Below are positions 37,646 to 45,642 of a stretch of DNA of 64,000 nucleotides, piece after piece. Below the pieces are notes generated by a model. That model was not told the origin of the DNA. It made no database searches and worked only from the letters and a program-made list of their open reading frames with translations. This stretch comes from a virus. Within the stretch, counting starts at the first letter, position 1. Each line of letters starts with the position of its first letter. Location: IMG/VR virus record IMGVR_UViG_3300029342_000002; one strand, given 5' to 3'. The translations under genes were made by a program, and so were the position numbers.

Positions 37646-37768
37646 CAGAGCTGTAAGGAAGTCGGTTAGACGGACTAAGAAAAAATGAGTTGGTGAGGGG
37701 CGTTTGCCCTCGTTGGTGGATGCCCTCTCACCTCTCTATAACATATCACCAACTTAAAGATATTGATT

Positions 37769-38260
37769 ATGATGAATTTTGGAAACAGCCCATTATTGGA
37801 TATGGGTACAGGCCAGCAGCATCCGCAGATGATGGATGCCGAGCTACAGAAGATGTATGAGGCAATACAGCAGAAGCGAGCATCTATCAATATGCAAGCA
37901 CAGCAGTCTTCCACCCCTTTATGGGATGAGATTGACAAGATTGAAGACAATCTTACGGGCGCACAACGTCAGTACTTGATGCAGAATCAAGAGTACGTTG
38001 ACAGCTTGCAATATGTGTCAAAACTTGTGCAAGACGAGGAATTGCGCATCATACGTCCTCGTATTGAAAGCACTCAGCAAGGACAAGACGCATTGAAGAA
38101 ACATCTATCATTGATGCAACGACTGAGAAAAGAAGTAGCGCAAGCAGAGGAACAAAAATCAGCTATGCTTAACGATTATATGACAAACCATAGTGACAAG
38201 ACTTGGCAGGAATATCTTGCTATGGTTCAAGGAACGAAGAAGGGAGGGAATAAGAAATGA
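37769..38260 (+). CDS. hypothetical Q-rich coiled-coil protein
   Basis: First ATG of ORF 37763. About 163 aa. Confidence 0.55.
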   Translation: MMNFGNSPLLDMGTGQQHPQMMDAELQKMYEAIQQKRASINMQAQQSSTPLWDEIDKIEDNLTGAQRQYLMQNQEYVDSLQYVSKLVQDEELRIIRPRIESTQQGQDALKKHLSLMQRLRKEVAQAEEQKSAMLNDYMTNHSDKTWQEYLAMVQGTKKGGNKK

Positions 38261-38688
38261 ACTTACAAAAACTGAAAGAACGTCTTGCGCCGTCAATGGA
38301 AACCTGGATAGACGCAAGAATTGACGACATGATAAAAGGCAATCCGTCGCTTGCCATACCTTCTGTGTATATGAAACGAGCAGCGCACAATATCGTTTGT
38401 CGTAACAAGGAAAAATGGGAAGAGAAAATTGACGATCTATCCCTGTTTGTCGCTGATGAAAATGGAGTTGTTGATGCGGAATCTGTTTTCGAAGACGCGA
38501 TGCAAATACTGAAAGCGATGGAGAAAAAGCCTTTTGATATCGGGCTTCTTCATGGCACAATAGGCGAAGGATGTATCTCTATTGATATGCCTGACGGTAT
38601 TATCTCTGCCTTGTTGTTTGGCAGCAACAAGAGTATAGCCATTACCACAGATGATATTGCCGAATTAAAGAATATATTAATCACGTAA
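38257..38688 (+). CDS. hypothetical protein
   Basis: 143-aa ORF with an ATGA overlap onto the upstream gene. Confidence 0.6.
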   Translation: MNLQKLKERLAPSMETWIDARIDDMIKGNPSLAIPSVYMKRAAHNIVCRNKEKWEEKIDDLSLFVADENGVVDAESVFEDAMQILKAMEKKPFDIGLLHGTIGEGCISIDMPDGIISALLFGSNKSIAITTDDIAELKNILIT

Positions 38689-38703
38689 GATAAATTTAGC
38701 GGT

Positions 38704-39111
38704 ATGAAAACAATACAGACAAATACGCTTGCCGAAAAGCTGTTTTGGTTTTACAGAATCGGCATAAGAGTGATACCTATACTCCTTATGGTTTTACACT
38801 GGCTGGGTGTGCATTGGTTTCACCATAACGCCGCATCAATGGGCTTGGATCTGAACGAGAACGCCGTTTTGGTGGTGTCGTTATACGCATTGGCGTATGT
38901 CGTACTGCCTGCCGTTCTGCTGCCGGCAAGCTTTCTTTTCAAGTTCGGCTGGGTGTGGCGAATACCGTTCCTGTATCTTGCAGGAGTTATTCTGATAAGG
39001 TTAGGGCACGGCACGCTGTGTATTTCAGAAACGACACGGATAGCGGACTATACGCTGATTGTTCTAACGTTACTGCTGTACGGTCGGGCGTTTACGTTGC
39101 AGGATAGATAA
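38704..39111 (+). CDS. polytopic membrane protein (paralog of 35901..36407)
   Basis: 135 aa with about 4 TM segments and motifs shared with 35901..36407. Confidence 0.65.
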   Translation: MKTIQTNTLAEKLFWFYRIGIRVIPILLMVLHWLGVHWFHHNAASMGLDLNENAVLVVSLYALAYVVLPAVLLPASFLFKFGWVWRIPFLYLAGVILIRLGHGTLCISETTRIADYTLIVLTLLLYGRAFTLQDR

Positions 39112-39112
39112 C

Positions 39113-39161
39113 AAAAAAACGCGCACGGACAACAAGATGTTACTCCTGCTGCCCGTGCGCG
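39113..39161 (-). terminator. rho-independent terminator of the leftward early operon (convergent junction)
   Basis: Perfect 9-bp stem CGCGCACGG...CCGTGCGCG. On the - strand it is followed by T7. Confidence 0.7.
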
Positions 39162-39173
39162 GTTGACATCGGT

Positions 39174-39920
39174 CTACTCTCCGAAGTTTTCCGGTCTGTA
39201 CTCCGGGTTCAGCTGCAACGCATACTCTCCTGCGCGGTCGTAGATGCCCTCGTTAGAGAGTTTCGTTATGATATTCTTCGCTGCCTGAACGCTGTCCGCA
39301 TCGTCGTTGATGTCAATGTCCGGCATCCCCGGTATCGAGTTTATTACGGACTGCATGGCGTTGTTCCAGTTGTGTTGCAAATCCAGAGCATTGCCTTCGT
39401 TGAAGTCCGGGCGCAAGTCTATTCCTATCCTCTTCTGGATATTGTCAAACAGGTTTCTGAACAGGCTTACCGCAACATCTATCAGCACCATTGCCGCCTC
39501 CATACGGGCGATGATTTTGCTCTTCGGCACATGGTTCTTCAAGAAATAGTTGTCGATGCAGTAATAGAGCGTTTTGACGAGCGGTTTGAGTTCCGCCTCC
39601 GACGCGTCAGACAGGTCAAGCCAAAGCTGATAGCGGTCGGCAAGAACAAAGCGCATCTTCGCATCCCATGTGTTGTATGCGGCAAGAGCCTTGTTGATGC
39701 TTTGCTTTGTCTTTTGACGATACAGCTTCTTGTCCTCTTTAATTGCGCCCCAAGCGTCTATCATAGCTGTCTGGGCAATATTGTACGCCGACCCCATTGT
39801 GATGTAATACAGCGAACAATAGCGGTCAATGCTCTTTAACAATTCCTCTTTCTGCTTTACGCTTGGCGCAATGACATACGGTCTTCTTGGGGTGCGGCTT
39901 ATTAAATAGCTTGCGTTCAT
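39174..39920 (-). CDS. hypothetical protein (248 aa), last gene of the radical SAM operon
   Basis: Start taken at M24 (MNASYLIS), 2 nt after the upstream stop. Confidence 0.6.
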   Translation of the reverse strand: MNASYLISRTPRRPYVIAPSVKQKEELLKSIDRYCSLYYITMGSAYNIAQTAMIDAWGAIKEDKKLYRQKTKQSINKALAAYNTWDAKMRFVLADRYQLWLDLSDASEAELKPLVKTLYYCIDNYFLKNHVPKSKIIARMEAAMVLIDVAVSLFRNLFDNIQKRIGIDLRPDFNEGNALDLQHNWNNAMQSVINSIPGMPDIDINDDADSVQAAKNIITKLSNEGIYDRAGEYALQLNPEYRPENFGE

Positions 39921-39922
39921 GA

Positions 39923-40258
39923 TTATATCGCGTTTGTGATTTGTAAATCGTGCGTCTCGCCTATCACGCCGACAACCGGTATTCCGCAAGCGTCAGCCAC
40001 ACGGCGTTCTGTTTCACAGCCTTTGGAACAACGCCATCGGTTCGGTACGACAATGCCGTCGCAGCCGAGGAGCAGACGTAAGTCCTCTTTCATGTGCTCC
40101 GTGTGCGGCGCAGAGTCGGGCAGCGGTTTAGCCATGGGATTGACTGCCTTGTAGCCGAGGATTGTCAGTTCATTCTCGATCCGAGCGAAAAACTTGTGTC
40201 GCTCGTTGAGGTTGTAGCCAGTAATCGGCGATGATATGTATATTTTCTTTTTGCTCAT
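39923..40258 (-). CDS. DUF4406 / nucleoside 2-deoxyribosyltransferase-like protein
   Basis: The pattern KIYISSPITGYN...AVNP...LLLGCDGIVVPNRW.CSKGCETE...A...GIPV fits the DUF4406/NDT-like fold signature. From memory; needs an HMM search. Confidence 0.6.
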   Translation of the reverse strand: MSKKKIYISSPITGYNLNERHKFFARIENELTILGYKAVNPMAKPLPDSAPHTEHMKEDLRLLLGCDGIVVPNRWRCSKGCETERRVADACGIPVVGVIGETHDLQITNAI

Positions 40259-40272
40259 TTTTGTTTATCAGA

Positions 40273-41283
40273 TTAAAATATCACTTCTTTGTAGCTTGAT
40301 GTTGGCTTCTTGCCGGACAGGATTGCATTGCCACAAGTAATCAGTCCGTTGTCCTCGTCATACGACGGAACGAACACTATTACATCAAATCCGTTTGCCT
40401 TCAAATCTTCTTCCACTTTCTTGTACGGCACAAACGAGTCGTAACCTCCGCTTGTCTGAATATGGTTGGCTTCGCAGCTGTTCGTTCGGTGGAGCGGTGT
40501 AATCTTACACATGAACTTGCTTGGGTCGAACATGGACGCAAGTACCTTGCCGTCAATGATAGAGTCGTCAGCAAGTGCGAAGTTAAGAGTGTACTTGCGA
40601 CCGCGCGGAGTTTCGAGTGTGTCAGCAAGCTCTGCAATATCTTTCAATGGTAGAGCATTGCCCGAGAACAGGTATTCTCGCTGCGCGTCGTCGGTAGAGT
40701 TTATAGAGAACTGCAAGCCTGCGTTTCCGTTGTAGTCGGTATTCTTAACTCTAACCCATTTGTGGATAAAATCATATAAGTTACAATTATGCTTCGGGAG
40801 CATTGTGCTTACTACAGGATGCACAAGTGAATTTCCGATGTAGGGAACAATATCTACGCGCAAGAAGAAGCGCGCGTGCTCGATTACAGCCTCGTTCCAT
40901 GTCGGCTCGCCCATGCGTGCATAGTGTACATTAAGGCGTTTGGTGTGATTAACCTCTGGGTGCATACTTAATGCCGTTGTTATCTCGTTGCGCAGGTCGT
41001 TCAGTGTCACGTTGCGTCCCGGTCCGACTTTCGGCACGTCACAGAACTTGCAGTTCATCGAACAGCCGTACTGGGTAGAGATTGTTATCACCCATTTTTC
41101 GGTTAGGGGCATTGGCGTTCCGTTCGGCACACCATTCAGCTCTCTTGTTATGCCGAGGAAGTCGGCTTTGATGTTTGCATCTTTCCCGTAGTCGGCTACT
41201 GTCAGAAACTCCAACACGCCTTTGTTTCCTTTTGCGGTGTAGATTTCACCTGTAGGAACTTTGATTTCTTTGAGTATTTGCAT
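40273..41283 (-). CDS. radical SAM enzyme, RlmN/Cfr-like
   Basis: STQYGCSMNCKFCDVPKVGPGRNV (CxxxCxxC), ARMGEPTWN and C-terminal LITCGNA align with RlmN SSQVGCxxxCxFC..G..RNL, MGMGEP and AACGQL. Confidence 0.75.
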   Translation of the reverse strand: MQILKEIKVPTGEIYTAKGNKGVLEFLTVADYGKDANIKADFLGITRELNGVPNGTPMPLTEKWVITISTQYGCSMNCKFCDVPKVGPGRNVTLNDLRNEITTALSMHPEVNHTKRLNVHYARMGEPTWNEAVIEHARFFLRVDIVPYIGNSLVHPVVSTMLPKHNCNLYDFIHKWVRVKNTDYNGNAGLQFSINSTDDAQREYLFSGNALPLKDIAELADTLETPRGRKYTLNFALADDSIIDGKVLASMFDPSKFMCKITPLHRTNSCEANHIQTSGGYDSFVPYKKVEEDLKANGFDVIVFVPSYDEDNGLITCGNAILSGKKPTSSYKEVIF

Positions 41284-41285
41284 TG

Positions 41286-41534
41286 CTATTTGATTTTGCG
41301 TGATGTTTTACTTTTAACTGCGCCAATTCTTATGCGCACGTATCGAGTTATTAGTTCTCTCGTACGATACCACCTAAGCACCTCGTACGTAATAAACACG
41401 CCGCACATTTTAGGGTATTGGCGTGGTTCTGTTTCGATTGATGTGCTTACCTTCTTAAACTTCACCTTAATAGTTTTATGGAACCACACACGAAACTTTA
41501 ATTTGTAACGCTTCTTTGTTTTTCTAATCTTCAT
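41286..41534 (-). CDS. very basic 82-aa protein
   Basis: Internal ATG of ORF 41286..41630 (MKIRKTKKRYKLKFRVWF...). The stop lies 2 nt before the radical SAM start. Coding status is uncertain. Confidence 0.35.
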   Translation of the reverse strand: MKIRKTKKRYKLKFRVWFHKTIKVKFKKVSTSIETEPRQYPKMCGVFITYEVLRWYRTRELITRYVRIRIGAVKSKTSRKIK

Positions 41535-41904
41535 TTTCTTTCTTTTTATAGTCCAAACAGCCTTCCTCCATTGTTGGCATGATACGGAAGCCGCCGTTCT
41601 CAGCATCATCAATAAGTTCTTCTGACGCATGAAACGAGTTGAACATTTTGGCGTTATGGTACTTCAAGCATACATTTACATGAATTTCTTTTTCGTATTC
41701 ATGTTCGCGCCCTGTTTGTGGATGAAACCCCGTCCTTGTAATAGTTGCGGTTTGCTCCGTTTCTTTGTACCACTTGCATGAATAGCAAGCGGCAAGATTG
41801 CAAGGTGATTTGCCGCAATACTTTTCCTCATGTTTTACGCAACCTCTTTCCGTAAGGAACAGCTTTCCGCAGTACGAGCAGCTGTATGCGTCTACTCTAA
41901 TCAT
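41524..41904 (-). CDS. Cys-rich protein with a C2H2-like zinc-finger motif
   Basis: YSCSYCGKLFLTERGCVKHEEKYC plus additional Cys pairs. Confidence 0.6.
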   Translation of the reverse strand: MIRVDAYSCSYCGKLFLTERGCVKHEEKYCGKSPCNLAACYSCKWYKETEQTATITRTGFHPQTGREHEYEKEIHVNVCLKYHNAKMFNSFHASEELIDDAENGGFRIMPTMEEGCLDYKKKENED

Positions 41905-42034
41905 GCTCCACCTCCTTCTTAATGGCTTCGAGCTGCTGTATGATGTTGCCTATCGTCTTGCCGCTGTAATCAACGGCAATTTCTTTCAGTACGGCAATCT
42001 GTGCCGTCAGTCTGATGTAATCTGCCTGTTTCAT
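41897..42034 (-). CDS. small hypothetical protein (45 aa)
   Basis: Hand-translated as MKQADYIRLTAQIAVLKEIAVDYSGKTIGNIIQQLEAIKKEVEHD. Overlaps the next start by 8 nt. Confidence 0.35.
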   Translation of the reverse strand: MKQADYIRLTAQIAVLKEIAVDYSGKTIGNIIQQLEAIKKEVEHD

Positions 42035-42049
42035 TGTTGCTTTGTTTTA

Positions 42050-42193
42050 TTAAATTTTCCGTGAACCATTCTTTGCTTCTCTGTTCGATAGCTTCAAAAG
42101 CTGTATAGCTTCGAGCATTGACATGCTGCTGCCACAGTCGAACCCTGCGTCTTTTAGTTTCTTTATATGCTGATTCTCCTCTTCATGTGTCAT
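42050..42193 (-). CDS. small hypothetical protein (47 aa)
   Basis: Hand-translated as MTHEEENQHIKKLKDAGFDCGSS... ATGA overlap with the upstream ORF. Confidence 0.35.
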   Translation of the reverse strand: MTHEEENQHIKKLKDAGFDCGSSMSMLEAIQLLKLSNREAKNGSRKI

Positions 42194-42372
42194 TGTTCTC
42201 TGTTTTCGGGTTTGTGTTCTTCGTTCCATTCTTCCTGAAAGTCCGCGAGTTTTCTGATAATACCCATGAAAACGCTAATATTTATAGGTTCCGTGTTTGT
42301 CGGATCTGTAATTCTGACGTGTCTCTCATCGTCAGACATCCGAACTCTAAATGTTATCGTTGTTTCCTGCAT
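42190..42372 (-). CDS. hypothetical protein
   Basis: 60-aa ORF within the coupled chain of genes. Confidence 0.45.
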   Translation of the reverse strand: MQETTITFRVRMSDDERHVRITDPTNTEPINISVFMGIIRKLADFQEEWNEEHKPENREQ

Positions 42373-42763
42373 CTTCGCCTCCTTTCTGCTTGTCGTGGAT
42401 GTTGCCGATAATTATAAACCGAATGTATTTCAGTATCACTCCCAAAGGTATATCGTCACACTTTCCTTTTTCTCTTATGGGCCTTAAAGTGAACGCTCCG
42501 AGGTTTTCGGACCACTCCACTGCAAAGGTCGAGTTGTCATATCTAAGTATATCTCCCTCATATATTTCTTTGCCGTTTTTGTCTATGCAGCCTGTGAACT
42601 GGCAGACGGTATCGGGGTCAACCGTAAAGTAGTTGAATATAGTATCATGGTCGTGTTCAAATATTCTTACCGTTCCGTCGGGAAAAGTAAGGAGCGAGCC
42701 GCATGCTATCTTGCCTTTACATTTAGGGCAAGTGCACTCGCCCTTAAATTTGATTGTTCTCAT
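42347..42763 (-). CDS. YopX-family protein
   Basis: QFTGCIDKNGKEIYEGDIL...IIGNIHD matches the YopX signature. Confidence 0.8.
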   Translation of the reverse strand: MRTIKFKGECTCPKCKGKIACGSLLTFPDGTVRIFEHDHDTIFNYFTVDPDTVCQFTGCIDKNGKEIYEGDILRYDNSTFAVEWSENLGAFTLRPIREKGKCDDIPLGVILKYIRFIIIGNIHDKQKGGEDAGNNDNI

Positions 42764-42784
42764 TCTATAAATCCTTTTATGTTG

Positions 42785-43126
42785 TTATTTTGCTTCTAAT
42801 AGTCTTTTCTCGCAAATCACACCGAGGCCTTCAATGAGGTCCAGACATGAGTCACATTCCAAGCAGAATGTAGAGCATACATGAGGGCTGTCTTGATAGT
42901 AAGGACAGCCCGTCGCCTTTTTCATATAAAGTTTTTTGTCCTTTACAAAGGCGTAGAATGCTTTTACAAGCCTCGTTGGCCTCTTTTCTTCGTTCAACTG
43001 ACGTACCACATCGTTGTAGTCGTCCATGAGCTGATGCACACGATGCGCTAACACAATGTTCTCTGCCTTCAGGTTGGCGATGACATAGGCAAGCGCCTCC
43101 ATGCTTTTGTTTTCTTCTGTTTCCAT
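42785..43126 (-). CDS. hypothetical Cys-rich protein
   Basis: 113-aa ORF. Confidence 0.55.
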   Translation of the reverse strand: METEENKSMEALAYVIANLKAENIVLAHRVHQLMDDYNDVVRQLNEEKRPTRLVKAFYAFVKDKKLYMKKATGCPYYQDSPHVCSTFCLECDSCLDLIEGLGVICEKRLLEAK

Positions 43127-43157
43127 TGTTTTATATGTTTTTATAGATGCTCTTGGT

Positions 43158-43215
43158 ATAGGCAGCTCTAACGGGGCTATCTATTATAGAGGCTGGCGCC
43201 TTACTGGGGCTTTCT
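43158..43215 (+). repeat. dispersed intergenic repeat, copy E
   Basis: Sequence ATAGGCAGCTCTAACGGGGCTATCTATTATAGAGGCTGGCGCCTTACTGGGGC. Same + orientation although the flanking genes are on the - strand. Confidence 0.8.
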
Positions 43216-43221
43216 GTTGTT

Positions 43222-43422
43222 TCAGTTTCGGAAGAGCTTGATTCTCGTTACCTTGTTCTTGGCTCTTGGGTTCTGGCGTCGCCATTCTTCGGCGAGCTGA
43301 CGTTCGAGCTGTTCGTGTCGTATGAAGCGGTCTCCGATGGGTATCTGGAAGACAGCCTGTAGGACGCTTCCATCTGAGAAATGGATGAGTCCGTGTCTGG
43401 TGATGGTGTGAGTGTATATCAT
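43222..43422 (-). CDS. hypothetical protein
   Basis: Start taken at M17 (MIYTHTIT), directly after the upstream stop. Confidence 0.5.
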   Translation of the reverse strand: MIYTHTITRHGLIHFSDGSVLQAVFQIPIGDRFIRHEQLERQLAEEWRRQNPRAKNKVTRIKLFRN

Positions 43423-43676
43423 TGTTTTATTTTTATGTTGAAGGGGGTGTGCTTGAGTATTTCCTGCCAATATTCTTCGGCGTTGCGGAAGGGGAGGTGA
43501 ACATCATTCGGCTTTATACGAAAACAGTCTTGGTATGCCACAACCGAATCAAGATTCAGTTCGTCCTTGTTGCCGTCTATGTCTATCCATCTTGAGCCGT
43601 TCTTGATTTGAATGGTCTTGCCTTCCGCAAATGCCAGTATCAGAGGAAGGACATTCTTTATTTGTTCTTTTGTCAT
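43419..43676 (-). CDS. hypothetical protein
   Basis: 85-aa ORF. Confidence 0.55.
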   Translation of the reverse strand: MTKEQIKNVLPLILAFAEGKTIQIKNGSRWIDIDGNKDELNLDSVVAYQDCFRIKPNDVHLPFRNAEEYWQEILKHTPFNIKIKQ

Positions 43677-43716
43677 AATATCTATTTTTTATACTTTTAA
43701 TGAGTTTTCGTAGGGA

Positions 43717-44139
43717 TTAAGGTCTATCCAGTTCAAATTTACTATCCAAGCCCAAGCCAAATAAGAGGTGTTGGAACTGGTGAACATATTTTAGTTCTAT
43801 AATACTATCACGATATTCAAAATCAGCGAAATAGAAAAATCTGTCAAACATATCATATTGTATATACACTTCATCCTTGTAGTAGAGCAGAGTCCTATTG
43901 CTTGATTTACTTTTCTTCCACTTCCCATTCTCCTCCAGTATTTCGGGAGTTAGAGGAATAGGCTTTATATCTACAGGTCTTACTTCTATGGAAAAGTAAG
44001 CATCGTCATACTCAATATCAGGATTATAGTCATGATGGCATACTTTTATGAAATAATTGGTCTTGTAGGTTTCCAAAACCCTTGCCAATTTTCTTCTGAA
44101 TATAACCCAATCACCTGGGATGTATCTGTCTTTTTTCAT
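43717..44139 (-). CDS. paralog family member 1 (LTPEILE.NGW / VHQ.QHLLF motifs)
   Basis: Shares IKPIPLTPEILEENGKW and YVHQFQHLLFGLG with 44278, 47424 and 51440. Confidence 0.65.
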   Translation of the reverse strand: MKKDRYIPGDWVIFRRKLARVLETYKTNYFIKVCHHDYNPDIEYDDAYFSIEVRPVDIKPIPLTPEILEENGKWKKSKSSNRTLLYYKDEVYIQYDMFDRFFYFADFEYRDSIIELKYVHQFQHLLFGLGLDSKFELDRP

Positions 44140-44277
44140 CCGTTTTACTTTTTAATACTTTCTGAGCTATCCTCGCCCCTGTCATAAGGGCAATTAAACA
44201 TCTGAGGACAAAGACCGCAACCTACAATATGCTTTAGGTCACATTTCTTTCTTGATTTGTAACTCATAAATTCTTTG

Positions 44278-44727
44278 TTAGACAATTATTTTTATGCTCT
44301 CCTTGGTGGCAGCGATGATATTCTGTATCTCGTGAAGGAAGGATATCTCGCACAATTCACATGCGCAATAGAATGCGCTGTAGGCATCGTATTGAAGGTA
44401 ATGCCAGATTTCCAAACAACTATCTTCATGCTCGTATTGACACCATTCAAAACCATCTTCATCTATGTGATGTCTGACATTTTCGAAACCGTTCTTTCTG
44501 AGAAACTCACTGTTGATAGGAATACCCTCGATGTCATCGCACCAAACACCGTGAGAGAACTCCCATTCTTCCCTAACGATTTGAAGTAGATCTGCAAGTC
44601 CTTTCTTTTCTTCATGTGTCCGCTCGGAGTCTATGGCTACGACCTCACAAAGTGCTCCTTTGGGAAACATGCAGTTATCACTGCTGACCCTTACATAATT
44701 TCCTATTCTTAAATCTTCCGCTTTCAT
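44278..44727 (-). CDS. paralog family member 2 (divergent)
   Basis: Contains IEGIPINSEFLRKNGF and FLHEIQNII. Confidence 0.6.
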   Translation of the reverse strand: MKAEDLRIGNYVRVSSDNCMFPKGALCEVVAIDSERTHEEKKGLADLLQIVREEWEFSHGVWCDDIEGIPINSEFLRKNGFENVRHHIDEDGFEWCQYEHEDSCLEIWHYLQYDAYSAFYCACELCEISFLHEIQNIIAATKESIKIIV

Positions 44728-44762
44728 AGTCTCTGTTCTTCCTTTGTCATTATTGTTTATTT

Positions 44763-45056
44763 TTATTGTTTATAATCCGATTCATCGTCAAGTATGTCGT
44801 TGAGCCTTTTGTTTTCCTTGCGATACCACTCCGATGTACGCTTTAGCTCTTCGTAACGATTCTTTCTATCTTGCCATCGGGTGACGGGGGAAAGCAGGAA
44901 ACCCGTGATTCTTTCTACGAAAATGAAGTATTCGTCGAAAACGAAATTGTCTGTCAGCCCCTTGAAGATGGCGAATGGGATGTAACCTATGAGCATTATG
45001 GTAAGGATAGGGGACAGAAGAATGGCACAGATGATTCTTGTAATGACTTGTTTCAT
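44763..45056 (-). CDS. small membrane protein
   Basis: 97 aa with 2 N-terminal TM helices. Confidence 0.55.
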   Translation of the reverse strand: MKQVITRIICAILLSPILTIMLIGYIPFAIFKGLTDNFVFDEYFIFVERITGFLLSPVTRWQDRKNRYEELKRTSEWYRKENKRLNDILDDESDYKQ

Positions 45057-45072
45057 GTTGTGTTACGTTTTG

Positions 45073-45363
45073 TTATTTATCACTTATACGGGCTTTAAGA
45101 TTTTCGATTTTACACTCACATTGTCTGATTCTTTCCCGTAAGACAAAATAAGAGTCGTATTCGCCGACCCAATAAAGTCCACACTCCAACATGTTGGGGA
45201 CGTAGAGATTATCAGCCTCTTGAGTAAAGGCATTTAAGGCAAGAATATATTTACTATTGTGAGGATGATACATAAGATACTCCCAAGTCTTAAACTCTCC
45301 GTTGTGGATCCTTGTTATCGTGCAGCCGGGTGTCAGCTGTGATATGTCTTTTAATTGCTTCAT
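45073..45363 (-). CDS. hypothetical protein
   Basis: Start taken at M37 (MKQLKDIS). Confidence 0.5.
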   Translation of the reverse strand: MKQLKDISQLTPGCTITRIHNGEFKTWEYLMYHPHNSKYILALNAFTQEADNLYVPNMLECGLYWVGEYDSYFVLRERIRQCECKIENLKARISDK

Positions 45364-45419
45364 GTTTTCTTGTTTTTGCCTCTCCCCAGAGGATAGTGGG
45401 GAGAGGGTTGTTAGTTTTT

Positions 45420-45599
45420 CTATTTCGTAAACTCTATCATATATTGCGCGAGCACGGCACTTACATAACATAAAGTCATAAGTATTGTAGCTACAGATGC
45501 AACTATAATGCTTACCGTTCTTACCTTTGGTGTTTCAGACCAAAATAATGCACTAACTATCAGGAAAATAGTTCCTAAAATTGTCAATAATGTTACCAC
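45420..45599 (-). CDS. possible small 2-TM protein (GTG start, 59 aa)
   Basis: Hand-translated as VVTLLTILGTIFLIVSALFW...IIVASVATILMTLCYV. Lies immediately beside the IS insertion point. Confidence 0.25.
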   Translation of the reverse strand: MVTLLTILGTIFLIVSALFWSETPKVRTVSIIVASVATILMTLCYVSAVLAQYMIEFTK

Positions 45600-45642
45600 A
45601 TTTCTATCTATTTATTAGGGTGTCCAGTTCGTTGTACCAATT

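Noticed and set aside
41535-41630. Longer 114-aa version of the basic ORF 41286..41630.
   Set aside because: The upstream part overlaps the C-terminus of the Cys-rich gene 41524..41904 in another frame. Only the 82-aa version from the internal ATG is retained, and only at low confidence.
45379-45406. Perfect 10-bp hairpin CCTCTCCCCA-GAGGATAG-TGGGGAGAGG as a terminator of the early operon.
   Set aside because: On the transcribed (-) strand it is not followed by a U-run; the T-rich tail is only on the + strand. It also sits just upstream of the start at 45363. It is noted as a possible RNA stability or translation element but not called a terminator.
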